Notes under the pieces: generated by a model
Database searches by the model: none
Seen by the model: only the letters and a program-made list of their open reading frames with translations
What the model was told of the DNA's origin: nothing
Shown: in pieces, positions 36,343 to 45,299 of the stretch
Numbering within the stretch: position 1 is the stretch's first letter
Layout of the letters: every line of letters begins with the position of its first letter
Translations under genes and position numbers: made by a program
Virus record (IMG/VR): IMGVR_UViG_3300037200_000067
Span: 10,260-74,259 of that record
From: a virus
DNA length: 64,000 bases
Reading direction: 5' to 3' (one strand)

Positions 36343-37392
36343 TCAATACGCGATCGAAACGCTGGGAACATTCCCCGTCGCGATAGCCCGCACGATCGCC
36401 TTCGCGCCATCGGTCGCAGCCTCAGCGGAAATCTTGTCGCCGGCCAGCAGCAGCGCGATCGTGCTCGCGGCGCGTCCGTTGACCTTGCGGCGGTGCTCGT
36501 GATCGGCCTCGCGGGCTGCAATAGCGTCCGCGTCGCGCTTGCGCTGCGCCTCGGCGGCGTCAGCCTCGGATTTGAGCCGCGCGTTCTCCGCGCGCTCATG
36601 GGCTAAGGCCGCGTCAGAAACACGCCGCGCCTCGGCTTCCTGCGCGAGCCGATCGGCATGTTCCTTGCTCGCCGCTTCCAGTTCGCGGTTGCGGGCCTCA
36701 TTCTCGCGGTTGCGCGCTTCCTGCAACGCGAGCGCGGCGCGGCGATCGGCTTCCTCGCGCTCGGCTTGCGCGGCCCGCAGGCTGGCAAGTTCGACTTGTT
36801 CGGCCTCATAGCGCACCCGCGCGGCAAAGGCCGTCTGCGCCTTGTCGCGGGCCTGCTGGACGGTCAATCGATATTCGTCGAAGAAATCCTCGTCCGCAGG
36901 CGGGATGAACGCCATCAGCGCCGCGATGTTCGCCTTGATCTGGTCGGCAGTCAGCGGGTTGCCCATGGAATCGACCGCGCTTCCGAGCAGCGCCAGTTCG
37001 TTGATGCGCTGGACGTGCTTGTCTTTGCGCGCAGTCTCAACGGCTTCCCATGCAGCGACGGGCGCGCGCACCTGCTCGGCGAGCGCATCAAGCGCGTCAC
37101 GCATCCGCTTGCGGTTTGCGTCGATGGTCTTCGGCAGTTCTTTCAGCTTCGCGACCAGCGTCTTGCCAGCGTCGTCGAGGATAGTCTTCGACCGGACGAT
37201 CTTGTACGCGAACGCCTTCGCAGCCTTGCGGCCTTCCTCAGTCGTCGCATCGGCGCTGAAATCAGCGACCAGCGCGCGAACCTTCGCGACGTGAACGTCG
37301 AGGCCCTTTCCTTCTGGCGCCGTGAAGACGTCCATCGCGGAATCAGGGTCGATCGGCGGGGAGACGAAATTGTCGGTCGGTTCGGCGGTCAT
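36343..37392 (-). CDS. conserved phage coiled-coil protein of recombination clusters
   Basis: LKELPK.IDANRK..RD.LDAL; READHEHRR..N. Confidence 0.75.
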   Translation of the reverse strand: MTAEPTDNFVSPPIDPDSAMDVFTAPEGKGLDVHVAKVRALVADFSADATTEEGRKAAKAFAYKIVRSKTILDDAGKTLVAKLKELPKTIDANRKRMRDALDALAEQVRAPVAAWEAVETARKDKHVQRINELALLGSAVDSMGNPLTADQIKANIAALMAFIPPADEDFFDEYRLTVQQARDKAQTAFAARVRYEAEQVELASLRAAQAEREEADRRAALALQEARNRENEARNRELEAASKEHADRLAQEAEARRVSDAALAHERAENARLKSEADAAEAQRKRDADAIAAREADHEHRRKVNGRAASTIALLLAGDKISAEAATDGAKAIVRAIATGNVPSVSIAY

Positions 37393-37451
37393 GAAGGGTG
37401 CTCCGTGCCGCCTCCCCGCAATGCGCGAGGAGGCGTCGTATTTTCGACAGA

Positions 37452-38258
37452 TCAGGAAGCGCCAAGCATTTTGTCGAGGCCGAATCCGGGTTCATCCCAA
37501 AAATCGACGATGAACCGGCCGTTGCCCTTCGCGAGGCTTGGATTGTTGATGCAGACCATCAGGAACGGGTCAGGGTATTCGATCGCGGGCGCGGGCGCGT
37601 AGTCACAAACGAAAAATGAGACAGGCGCTTTCTTGAACCCACGTTCAATGGCAGCGACCTTCCTCAGCGCGTGCAGCGGAATGGTCTTGTCGTAGACTTT
37701 GACAGGCGACGGAACCGTGAAGGCCTGAGAAACGCCGCCGTTTCCAAGGGAAACGTAATCAGACGGCAGCCCCAAAGCAGATCGCGCCCTCAGATCATTC
37801 GCTTCGGACGGACTCATTTTTCGCGGCCCGACGTAATAGTCGGAAGCCGGGCTTGATTCTGTGACCCCAAGAGACGCGTGCCAGCGACGCGGGGGTGTTC
37901 CGAAAGATACGCCCTCCATGTGGTCCTTTTCGCGCAGCGGCCGCCATTCCCAGCCTGATTTATCGCGGCTCTCTTCATGCGCCTTTTTGTCCATGTACGC
38001 GATGACGTCGGCGAGAGAGAAAAGACCCCAATCCTGCGCGATGATGAAATCCTTCAACGCGCCAATGGCGCTGTCGGGAACAGGCACGCCGACAGATTGA
38101 GCGAGGCTGGCGTACTCTGCCATGAACGCATCGCGCGATGGCGCAGCGGGTTCGCGTGACAAGGGCGCGGACGGGATCGGCGGCTTCGGAAGCGTGACGG
38201 CCTCCATGACGTCGCCGCCGCCTGAAATACGCCTATTCGGCCTGAAAAAAGGAACCAT
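37452..38258 (-). CDS. hypothetical protein
   Basis: W.WRPLR, DPFL, WDEPGF motifs. Confidence 0.65.
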   Translation of the reverse strand: MVPFFRPNRRISGGGDVMEAVTLPKPPIPSAPLSREPAAPSRDAFMAEYASLAQSVGVPVPDSAIGALKDFIIAQDWGLFSLADVIAYMDKKAHEESRDKSGWEWRPLREKDHMEGVSFGTPPRRWHASLGVTESSPASDYYVGPRKMSPSEANDLRARSALGLPSDYVSLGNGGVSQAFTVPSPVKVYDKTIPLHALRKVAAIERGFKKAPVSFFVCDYAPAPAIEYPDPFLMVCINNPSLAKGNGRFIVDFWDEPGFGLDKMLGAS

Positions 38259-38268
38259 GATTCCACTC

Positions 38269-38451
38269 CTATGGTTTGAAGACGCACCATTGAACCCACG
38301 TCATTTCGACGTTAATGCCCGCGCAGAATGCGTCAATAACTGCGAGGTAGGGACGATCGTAGTGAAGCGCGATGGCGCAAGCCAGAGCGCAAAAGACCGC
38401 GTTGGCTGGGCACGCGATGCGCATGAATTTGACTGTCGGTTTGGCAGTCAT
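38269..38451 (-). CDS. small membrane protein
   Basis: coupled hydrophobic ORF. Confidence 0.45.
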   Translation of the reverse strand: MTAKPTVKFMRIACPANAVFCALACAIALHYDRPYLAVIDAFCAGINVEMTWVQWCVFKP

Positions 38452-39047
38452 ACGGCATCCTTTGATGGACGGTGCTTTGACGGGCGGTGCTCGCCAAACT
38501 TGGAAGGCTTCCTCGGCCCTGGAGCGCCCTCGCTTTCTGCCACTCGGCGCCCTAAGGTTCGACGGGCGAAACCAAATTCCTTGGCGACTTGGCCGGCCGG
38601 GATGAGTTTGATTTCTGACGTTCGCTCCTCGGGAGGCAATCCAAAAGCAGCACGCTTGAAGTTTTCGATTGCGTGGCGATCGAAGAATAGGCGCCCGTTT
38701 AGCCTCAGTGGTGCCGGAAACTCCGGTGTGGACGTTTTGGCTTGCTCCGTCGCGACGGGCGGCGCGGGCCGTTCCTTGATCTGCGACGGCTCAGGATTTG
38801 TTCCGCCCTTTCGCGGCCCTATCGGCGCCGTTCCGATCGGCACCGACTCCAGTTGGTCGATGTAGACGCGGTTCGCTTCGATCAATGTACGCTGGGTGGC
38901 GATGAGAGTGTTCAGCGCCGCGACCTCAGTCGCACGCGCTTCGATGAGCCGCTTACAACTCGCCTGCAAGCGCAGACTGGAGTACCAGGATGCGACCAGC
39001 ATCACGGATAGAACGACGTCGCATATAAACAGAATGCTAGCGTTCAC
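38448..39047 (-). CDS. TM/coiled-coil protein with AlpA/Xis-like C-terminal region
   Basis: FPAPLRLNGRLFFDRHAIE and QVAKEFGFARRTL. Confidence 0.55.
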   Translation of the reverse strand: MNASILFICDVVLSVMLVASWYSSLRLQASCKRLIEARATEVAALNTLIATQRTLIEANRVYIDQLESVPIGTAPIGPRKGGTNPEPSQIKERPAPPVATEQAKTSTPEFPAPLRLNGRLFFDRHAIENFKRAAFGLPPEERTSEIKLIPAGQVAKEFGFARRTLGRRVAESEGAPGPRKPSKFGEHRPSKHRPSKDAV

Positions 39048-39421
39048 GCTTGCATCCCTCCGCTCTGCGCGCGCCTAAGCGCCGCATCGCCAGCTTCCGT
39101 GATGACATACACCGTAAAGCCATCGCCGACTGCCGCGCGCACGAGGCCGCGCTTGGCAAGCCACGCCAGTTGCGACGGCGCGCGCTCTTTGTCGACGCCT
39201 TCCGGCGAAGCAGATGCAGCAAGCCATCGCATCGCGCGGACCATCTTCGGCGGTCGGACGCGGCGCTCGGGAACGTGGAATGACGTCATGTCAGCGCCAC
39301 GATCCTTGGCGCACTGCGGCGAGCAGTAGCGCGGGATTCCGCCGCCCTCGTCATCAATGTACGTTCCGCAGCACTCGCAAAGCGTGCCGTCGAGAAGCAT
39401 GTCAGCCACGTCGCCCATCAC
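39044..39421 (-). CDS. Zn-finger/winged-helix hypothetical protein
   Basis: MGDVADMLLDGTLCECCG...YCSPQC; ITEAG. Confidence 0.65.
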   Translation of the reverse strand: MMGDVADMLLDGTLCECCGTYIDDEGGGIPRYCSPQCAKDRGADMTSFHVPERRVRPPKMVRAMRWLAASASPEGVDKERAPSQLAWLAKRGLVRAAVGDGFTVYVITEAGDAALRRAQSGGMQA

Positions 39422-40296
39422 TTGCCTCCTTGCGCGCGCTTCATCTTCTGATTGAGAAGCGCAATCGCCCGATCGTACGACTCCTTCGGGAGCGCGGAAA
39501 TCTGCGGGATTTCAAACGCCGCACAGAACGCCGCGCGATCGGATTTGGTCGCTTCCAGAAGATCGGCAAGCGTCTGCAACTGAGCCGCATCAATGAGATA
39601 TTCCTCGATTGAGCCAGCCTCCGATCCAGCCGCCCTTCCGTCATCGTCGCCATCGGTCGGCGCGCGCGACGTAATGTTCAGCAAGAGCGACGCGGTGTAC
39701 CGTTTGCCATAAGTGATCGACGAGCCCATGGCTTGGACCGGGTTCTTTGAGCCTGTACTATCGTGCATCAGAACCATTGTCGTCTGTTCCTCGTGGCCTT
39801 CACGATGCCCAAGGATGCCCGTGACGGTGATCCGGCCATCGGGCGCAATGCCAGTCTTGAACGACAGCGCGAACCCGAATTTGGCGAGCGGCCCTTTGAT
39901 GGCCTCGTTGATATCGGCCAACGACGAATAGGGCGTCTCTTGAATCGGTTTGGCGTTCGGATTCGGCGGCTGCCTCTCCCGATCGGCCTTGGAATAGACG
40001 ATAATCCTGCCCGTCTGCGCGACGCCCGGAAGCTCGGGCTGCATAGCGCTGAAATCAGCGAAGAACGCGGCCTTGGCGCGCCTGGCTTGAACCCTGTCGT
40101 GCAGGTCCATCAGCTTTTCGAGCCGCGCGAGATCAACGCTCGGATCGACTAGCACGCGCTCGATCATCGCGGTGAAGTGGTCCTGCGCGACGGGCGCGGC
40201 ATGGCGTCCGTGCTGGGCGTGGACGACGCTTCCGCCGTCGTGAACGCCTTCGCCGACGACGATCGTCTCGACCGCCGCGTCCGTCGTTTCCGCCAT
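39418..40296 (-). CDS. ERF-family single-strand annealing protein
   Basis: Y..LADI, GH.E, QAMGSSITYGKRY, DDDG. Confidence 0.92.
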   Translation of the reverse strand: MAETTDAAVETIVVGEGVHDGGSVVHAQHGRHAAPVAQDHFTAMIERVLVDPSVDLARLEKLMDLHDRVQARRAKAAFFADFSAMQPELPGVAQTGRIIVYSKADRERQPPNPNAKPIQETPYSSLADINEAIKGPLAKFGFALSFKTGIAPDGRITVTGILGHREGHEEQTTMVLMHDSTGSKNPVQAMGSSITYGKRYTASLLLNITSRAPTDGDDDGRAAGSEAGSIEEYLIDAAQLQTLADLLEATKSDRAAFCAAFEIPQISALPKESYDRAIALLNQKMKRAQGGK

Positions 40297-40375
40297 GCTG
40301 ATTCTCCGTGCGTGAGAACCAGATATATTTTACGCGGCGGGAAATAACAACGGACGGAACGATCCTCTCACGTAT

Positions 40376-40759
40376 TTATTTTGTCGCACATTCGGGACAG
40401 AATACCGGAGGCGTCCAGTTCGCGTGAATGTGGCCGCGCAGCGGGACGATCACTTTGCGCTCTGTCCCGCATTCGGCACACAGATACGGCGTCTGGATCG
40501 GCGTGTTCAAGTCGATCGGAAGCGCTTTGCCGTGCTGCGCGGCGCAAACCAGCGCCTCGATCTCTTCCTCGAACGGGTCATCGGGTTTGATTAGCCGCTC
40601 TTTCCAGCCCTTGATCGGAGGCCACGAGACGCCCCAGCGCGCCAGTTGCGCGGCGGTGTAGCCGCCGTTGCGCGACCGTCCGGCCCGAAATTCAGCGATG
40701 GTGATCCGGCGCTTGATATTCTCGACGGGCAGACCGGGAGCAGCTTTGCGACGGGACAC
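40376..40759 (-). CDS. hypothetical protein with C-terminal Zn ribbon
   Basis: GGYTAAQLARWGVSWPP; CAEC...CPEC. Confidence 0.6.
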   Translation of the reverse strand: MSRRKAAPGLPVENIKRRITIAEFRAGRSRNGGYTAAQLARWGVSWPPIKGWKERLIKPDDPFEEEIEALVCAAQHGKALPIDLNTPIQTPYLCAECGTERKVIVPLRGHIHANWTPPVFCPECATK

Positions 40760-40763
40760 GCGA

Positions 40764-40805
40764 TATCCCCAGCGACAACTTGACGTTTTTTACTCCCTGG
40801 GGATA
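40764..40805. promoter_or_regulatory. divergent promoter with inverted-repeat operator
   Basis: TATCCCCAG (40764-72) / CTGGGGATA (40797-805) flanking TTGACG (40780-85). Confidence 0.6.
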
Positions 40806-40814
40806 GAGATAGCA

Positions 40815-41060
40815 ATGGACCTGATGGCCTACATGCAGCGATTCGAGCTTGATAATGCGGCCATGGCGCTGAAAATCGGCTGCTCGCAGGGCGCCGTGAA
40901 CAAGTGGAAATACGGCCACGTCATGCCGACGCCAGTGTCCTTGCGTAAAATATTGCAGGCGACAAGCGGCCTCGTGACGGCCGATGATATGCTTCAGGCT
41001 TTCGAGCGCCAAGTCGCGCGGCAGGCCGCACGCAAAGCGAGAAACGAGGATGGACAATGA
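40815..41060 (+). CDS. Cro-like HTH regulator
   Basis: MALKIGCSQGAVNKW...P......I..AT.GLVTADD. Confidence 0.8.
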   Translation: MDLMAYMQRFELDNAAMALKIGCSQGAVNKWKYGHVMPTPVSLRKILQATSGLVTADDMLQAFERQVARQAARKARNEDGQ

Positions 41061-42319
41061 GCGCCGACCTCGAATTTCATCCTCTCGCTGAAATATTCCC
41101 AACCATCTACGGCGCGGAATTTGATGCACTTGCGTCTGACATTGCCGCGCATGGTTTGCGCGAGCCGATCGTGCTTTTCGAGGGCGCTATCCTGGACGGG
41201 CGCAACCGATACCGCGCTTGCGCGGAGGCCGGCGTGCCCGCTCGATTTGAGACGTATACCGGCTCCGATCCGGTTAGCTACGTCGTCAGCCTGAATCTTC
41301 GCCGCCGGCATCTGGATGAGAGCCAGCGGGCCATGGTCGCGGCGCGGCTAGCGAACCTTCGCGACGGACAACGGAAGACAGCTTCGCCAATTGGCGAACG
41401 TGCCGTGTCTCAAGCCGACGCCGCCAAGATGCTGAACGTCGGCAAGCGTTCCGTCGAACGCGCCGTCGAAGTCCGCGACCAAGGCGCGCCAGATCTTATC
41501 GCCGCCGTTGATCGCGGCAAGGTCAGCGTGTCTGCTGCCGCCGATGTGGCGACGCTTCCGAAGGCGCGGCAGGCGGAGGTCGTCAAGTGGTCGCCTGACG
41601 ATATCGTCAAGGAAGCGAATCGGATCAAGCGCCACCGCAAGGAGACGAAGCGCGAGGAACGGAAAGCCGAAATTGCCGATCTTGCCGCCGTTGCCGCGCC
41701 CGCAGGCGCTCGACACGATCTTCGGCGCGCGCCGTGTTCCTCAATTCTCGCGTTGGCGCCGAATAGCGCCGAATGGTTCATCACGGACCCTCCGTATCCG
41801 AAAGAATTCCTGCCGGTCTATGACGAATTGGGCGCAGCGGCCGCGCACGCTTTGAGGCCGGGCGGCTCGCTGCTCTGCATGGTCGGTCAGTCTTACCTTC
41901 CTGACGTCATTGCGATGCTCGGAAAGCACCTGACCTATCACTGGACGCTGGCTTATCTCACGCCCGGCGGCCAAGCCGTCCAGGTGTTCCCACGCCGCGT
42001 CAACACCTTCTGGAAGCCGGTTCTTTGGTTCGTCAAGGCGGAGTTCGATGGTTCGTGGATTGGCGATTCCGTCGCGTCCAAAACAAACGACAATGACAAG
42101 CGCTTCCACGAATGGGGCCAGTCCGAGAGCGGCATGCTCGATCTTATGGCGCGCTTTGTGCGGCCCGGCGAAACCGTTGTTGATCCATTCATGGGAGCGG
42201 GCACTACGGGCGTCGTGGCGCTAGCACTCGGCGCCAAATTCATCGGCCTCGATATCAACGAGGACGCGTTCAACGAAGCAACCGTGAGGATGGACCGTGC
42301 CGCAAAACTGGTCGCCTGA
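41057..42319 (+). CDS. ParB-like/HTH domain fused to N4-C/N6-A DNA methyltransferase
   Basis: LDGRNR, NL.RRHL, HTH; TDPPY; DPFMGAGTT. Confidence 0.9.
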   Translation: MSADLEFHPLAEIFPTIYGAEFDALASDIAAHGLREPIVLFEGAILDGRNRYRACAEAGVPARFETYTGSDPVSYVVSLNLRRRHLDESQRAMVAARLANLRDGQRKTASPIGERAVSQADAAKMLNVGKRSVERAVEVRDQGAPDLIAAVDRGKVSVSAAADVATLPKARQAEVVKWSPDDIVKEANRIKRHRKETKREERKAEIADLAAVAAPAGARHDLRRAPCSSILALAPNSAEWFITDPPYPKEFLPVYDELGAAAAHALRPGGSLLCMVGQSYLPDVIAMLGKHLTYHWTLAYLTPGGQAVQVFPRRVNTFWKPVLWFVKAEFDGSWIGDSVASKTNDNDKRFHEWGQSESGMLDLMARFVRPGETVVDPFMGAGTTGVVALALGAKFIGLDINEDAFNEATVRMDRAAKLVA

Positions 42320-42770
42320 CGGCACGCGCCAAGAGCGCACGGGCTGGCGAGATGCGGAAGTCAGTGCGCGCCATCGGCATTGGGGGATGAACTGCCCTGC
42401 CGTCGATCTCGATTTTCTGATGGTCGAATACAACCTCGGAAAGCCTGTCGCGCTTGTGGAGTATAAACATCACTACGCGCGAACGCCGAACCTCCTGCAT
42501 CCAACGTACCGCGCCATTCGTATGCTAGCGGACGGCTATCGGGACGACCCGCTGCCCTTTATCGTCGCCTTCTATTGGTCGGACATATGGGCATTCCGAA
42601 TCGTTCCTGTTAACGAAGTCGCTGAGCGACATTTCAAATTTAATGAGCACGTCAGCGAACGAGAATTTGTATCGCGCCTCTACCGGATGCGCCGACTCGT
42701 GTTGGCTGCGCACTTGAAGGATTCCCTTCATACCGAACTTCCTGCGGAAGCCGCAGAAAGCCACACCTAA
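42297..42770 (+). CDS. putative PD-(D/E)XK nuclease-like protein
   Basis: DLDF...LVEYK motif. Confidence 0.5.
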   Translation: MPQNWSPDGTRQERTGWRDAEVSARHRHWGMNCPAVDLDFLMVEYNLGKPVALVEYKHHYARTPNLLHPTYRAIRMLADGYRDDPLPFIVAFYWSDIWAFRIVPVNEVAERHFKFNEHVSEREFVSRLYRMRRLVLAAHLKDSLHTELPAEAAESHT

Positions 42771-42791
42771 CGAACTACTGGAGAAGCGATC

Positions 42792-43364
42792 ATGGGGCGC
42801 CCAAAGGGATCAAAGAATCGTCAGGCTGGAGCAGCGAAAGCCGCCAAATCAGCGCCGCGCAGCGACGGCGTGACCACCACGAAGCACAATATCGCGGCGG
42901 CGGCGGCTTCGCTCACCGATGACGAGCGCCAGGCTCTGACGCGCCATCACGTCGGGCAATACAAGCGCGATCTAGAGGCCAAAAAGGCGGCGGACGCGAC
43001 GTTCAAAAACACCTGCAAAAAGGCCAAGTCGGACGGCGTCGCGCTGTCGGAAATCAAGACTTTCATCGAAATGGAAACGCCAGAGGGCGAAAAGCGCGTC
43101 GCCGAAAACCTCGAACAGTCGCTCCGGATCGCGCGCTGGCTCGGGTCGAACATCGGCGACCAGCTCGGCCTCTTTGCCAATGGCGAAGCGGACGGCGACC
43201 CTGCGGGCGCGGCCTATCGGGCCGGCAAGCGGGCGGCGATGGAGAACAAGAAGGGCATTCCGCCAAGCCATTACGATCGTGACGAATGGCTGCGGGGCTA
43301 CCAGGACGCGCAAGCGGCCTTGATCGAAAGCATGGGCACGAAGGAAGGCGCGGCGGCGCACTGA
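42792..43364 (+). CDS. GapR-like protein with RMF-like C-terminus
   Basis: KKAKSDG...QLGLF; AYRAGKRA...P....EWLRGYQ. Confidence 0.5.
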   Translation: MGRPKGSKNRQAGAAKAAKSAPRSDGVTTTKHNIAAAAASLTDDERQALTRHHVGQYKRDLEAKKAADATFKNTCKKAKSDGVALSEIKTFIEMETPEGEKRVAENLEQSLRIARWLGSNIGDQLGLFANGEADGDPAGAAYRAGKRAAMENKKGIPPSHYDRDEWLRGYQDAQAALIESMGTKEGAAAH

Positions 43365-43370
43365 GGATCG

Positions 43371-43892
43371 ATGCGCCTGCTGTTTCTCGATCTCGCCCGG
43401 CGCACCGGCTACGCCTACGGTCGCGCCGGGCAGATTCCGACGTCCGGCTCGCTGACGCTGCGCGACGTCGACGACAGCAAAGGCCTCGCGATCGGCGCGC
43501 TCGGAAGGTGGCTTAGCGACCTGATCATCGCGGAAGGACCGCCCGATCTGATCGGCATCGAGCGCTGGCTCCCGCCGAAAATCAGCCGTAACGCCGTCTC
43601 GACTGAGGACGCGCTGCGCATGAACGGATGCATCCACGGAATTGCGGGAATCTATGGGATTAATATCGTCGAGCCTTATCCGGCCACAATCAGATCAGCG
43701 GTCTGCGGGCGCTCGCACGCGGCAGGCGAAAACGATATCGGGACAAAACGGATGGTCATTGATACGATGATCTTGCGAAAATACATCCCGAAGGGCTGCG
43801 AGGACCATGACCGTGCCGACGCTTGCGCCGGATTCGCGTGGATGGAAGCCTATTGCGTGCCGGTCGGGCAGTCGAAATTCAAGCTGATGTAG
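43371..43892 (+). CDS. RuvC-like Holliday junction resolvase
   Basis: LFLDLA..TGYA, IGIE, DHDRADA acidic residues. Confidence 0.75.
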   Translation: MRLLFLDLARRTGYAYGRAGQIPTSGSLTLRDVDDSKGLAIGALGRWLSDLIIAEGPPDLIGIERWLPPKISRNAVSTEDALRMNGCIHGIAGIYGINIVEPYPATIRSAVCGRSHAAGENDIGTKRMVIDTMILRKYIPKGCEDHDRADACAGFAWMEAYCVPVGQSKFKLM

Positions 43893-43900
43893 GGGCGTTC

Positions 43901-45160
43901 ATGGACCTCGAATTTCACCCGCTCGCCGCCATTTTCCCATTGATGCAGCCGGCTGAATTTGCGGAGCTTGTCGCCGACATCAAGGCCAACGGAATCCGCG
44001 ACGAAATCGTGGTGCTCGACGGCAAGATTCTCGACGGACGAAACCGGCATCTGGCCTGCCAAGAGGCTGGCGTGAAGGGCGTCTATGCGACGTTCGACCC
44101 GGAGGTCGACGGTCCCGATCCACTTGCTTTCGTGATCAGCCACAACATCAAGCGCCGGCATTTGAGCGAAACGCAGCGCGGCATGGTCGCCGCCAATCTC
44201 TGCACCATGCCACTCGGAGGCGCGTTTTATCGGACGGCACGGTTGCCGACCGATCGGCCGCTCATATCGCAGGCCCAAGCCGCGCAAATGGTAGGGGTGT
44301 CCGAGCGCACGGTTCGAGACTGCGTAAGGATCAAAAACGAGGGTTCTCCGGAACTGTCGGACGCGGCGCGCGGCGGTCAAATTCCCGCCAGCGTCGCCGC
44401 CAAGGCCACACAACTGCCCCCAGATCAGCAAGTCGCGATTGCCAAGGCTGCTGAGGCCGGGAACACGCGCGCCGCCTCCACGGTCGTTAAAAAGGCCGCG
44501 CGCGCCAAGCGCGAAACCGACCTTGCCGCCGCGCAACTGGCGCTGCCGGCGAAGCGCTACGGCGTGATCCTCGCCGACCCGCCGTGGTCGTTCGAGGTCT
44601 GGGCTGCGGAAACCGGCATGGACCGTGCGGCAGATAACCACTATCCGACAAGCACGATCGAAGACATCAAAGCGACGGATATCGGCTCGATCGCCGCTGA
44701 CGATTGCGTGCTGTTCCTGTGGGCGACGTCGCCGATGCTGCCGCACGCGCTGATGGTGATGGCGGCGTGGGGCTTTGAATATAAATCGAGCGCGGTGTGG
44801 ATAAAAACCAAAGACGGCACCGGATATTGGTTTCGCAACCGGCACGAGCTTCTTCTGGTCGGCACGAAGGGCAATATTCCGGCGCCAGCCATGGGCACGC
44901 AAGACTCGTCCGTCATCGAAGCGCCAGCCCGCACGCATTCCGAAAAGCCGGACGAGGCCTACGAACTCATCGAAAAATATTTTCCCACAGTCCCCAGAAT
45001 CGAACTGAATGCGCGCCGAAAACGAGCCGGATGGGACGCTCACGGAACGCTGGAGCGCGAGATTCGCCTAGAGAATCCTATTGTCAATTCCCGCCCTGTA
45101 AACAAACGCAAAACGCCGCCTCCGGGGGGCGGAAGCGGCGCCTTGACGTCTTCACGATGA
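43901..45160 (+). CDS. ParB-like/HTH domain fused to MT-A70 adenine methyltransferase
   Basis: LDGRNR; ADPPW, LFLWAT, HELLL, HSEKP, IELNAR. Confidence 0.92.
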   Translation: MDLEFHPLAAIFPLMQPAEFAELVADIKANGIRDEIVVLDGKILDGRNRHLACQEAGVKGVYATFDPEVDGPDPLAFVISHNIKRRHLSETQRGMVAANLCTMPLGGAFYRTARLPTDRPLISQAQAAQMVGVSERTVRDCVRIKNEGSPELSDAARGGQIPASVAAKATQLPPDQQVAIAKAAEAGNTRAASTVVKKAARAKRETDLAAAQLALPAKRYGVILADPPWSFEVWAAETGMDRAADNHYPTSTIEDIKATDIGSIAADDCVLFLWATSPMLPHALMVMAAWGFEYKSSAVWIKTKDGTGYWFRNRHELLLVGTKGNIPAPAMGTQDSSVIEAPARTHSEKPDEAYELIEKYFPTVPRIELNARRKRAGWDAHGTLEREIRLENPIVNSRPVNKRKTPPPGGGSGALTSSR

Positions 45161-45299
45161 CGAGGCACAAAAGGTGCGTCTTGGGCCGGCCAGCCCGTTG
45201 ACGCGGAGCCAACGATAAGAGGGTATCGGTGACTGAATATTTCTTTACAGCATTTATTATCACGTTGCAACCGTGCGGCGCTAGCGCTGGCGGTCAACG

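Noticed and set aside
43850-45043. 397-aa antisense ORF
   Set aside because: Shadow of the ParB/MT-A70 gene; long antisense ORFs are expected at high GC and it has no motifs.
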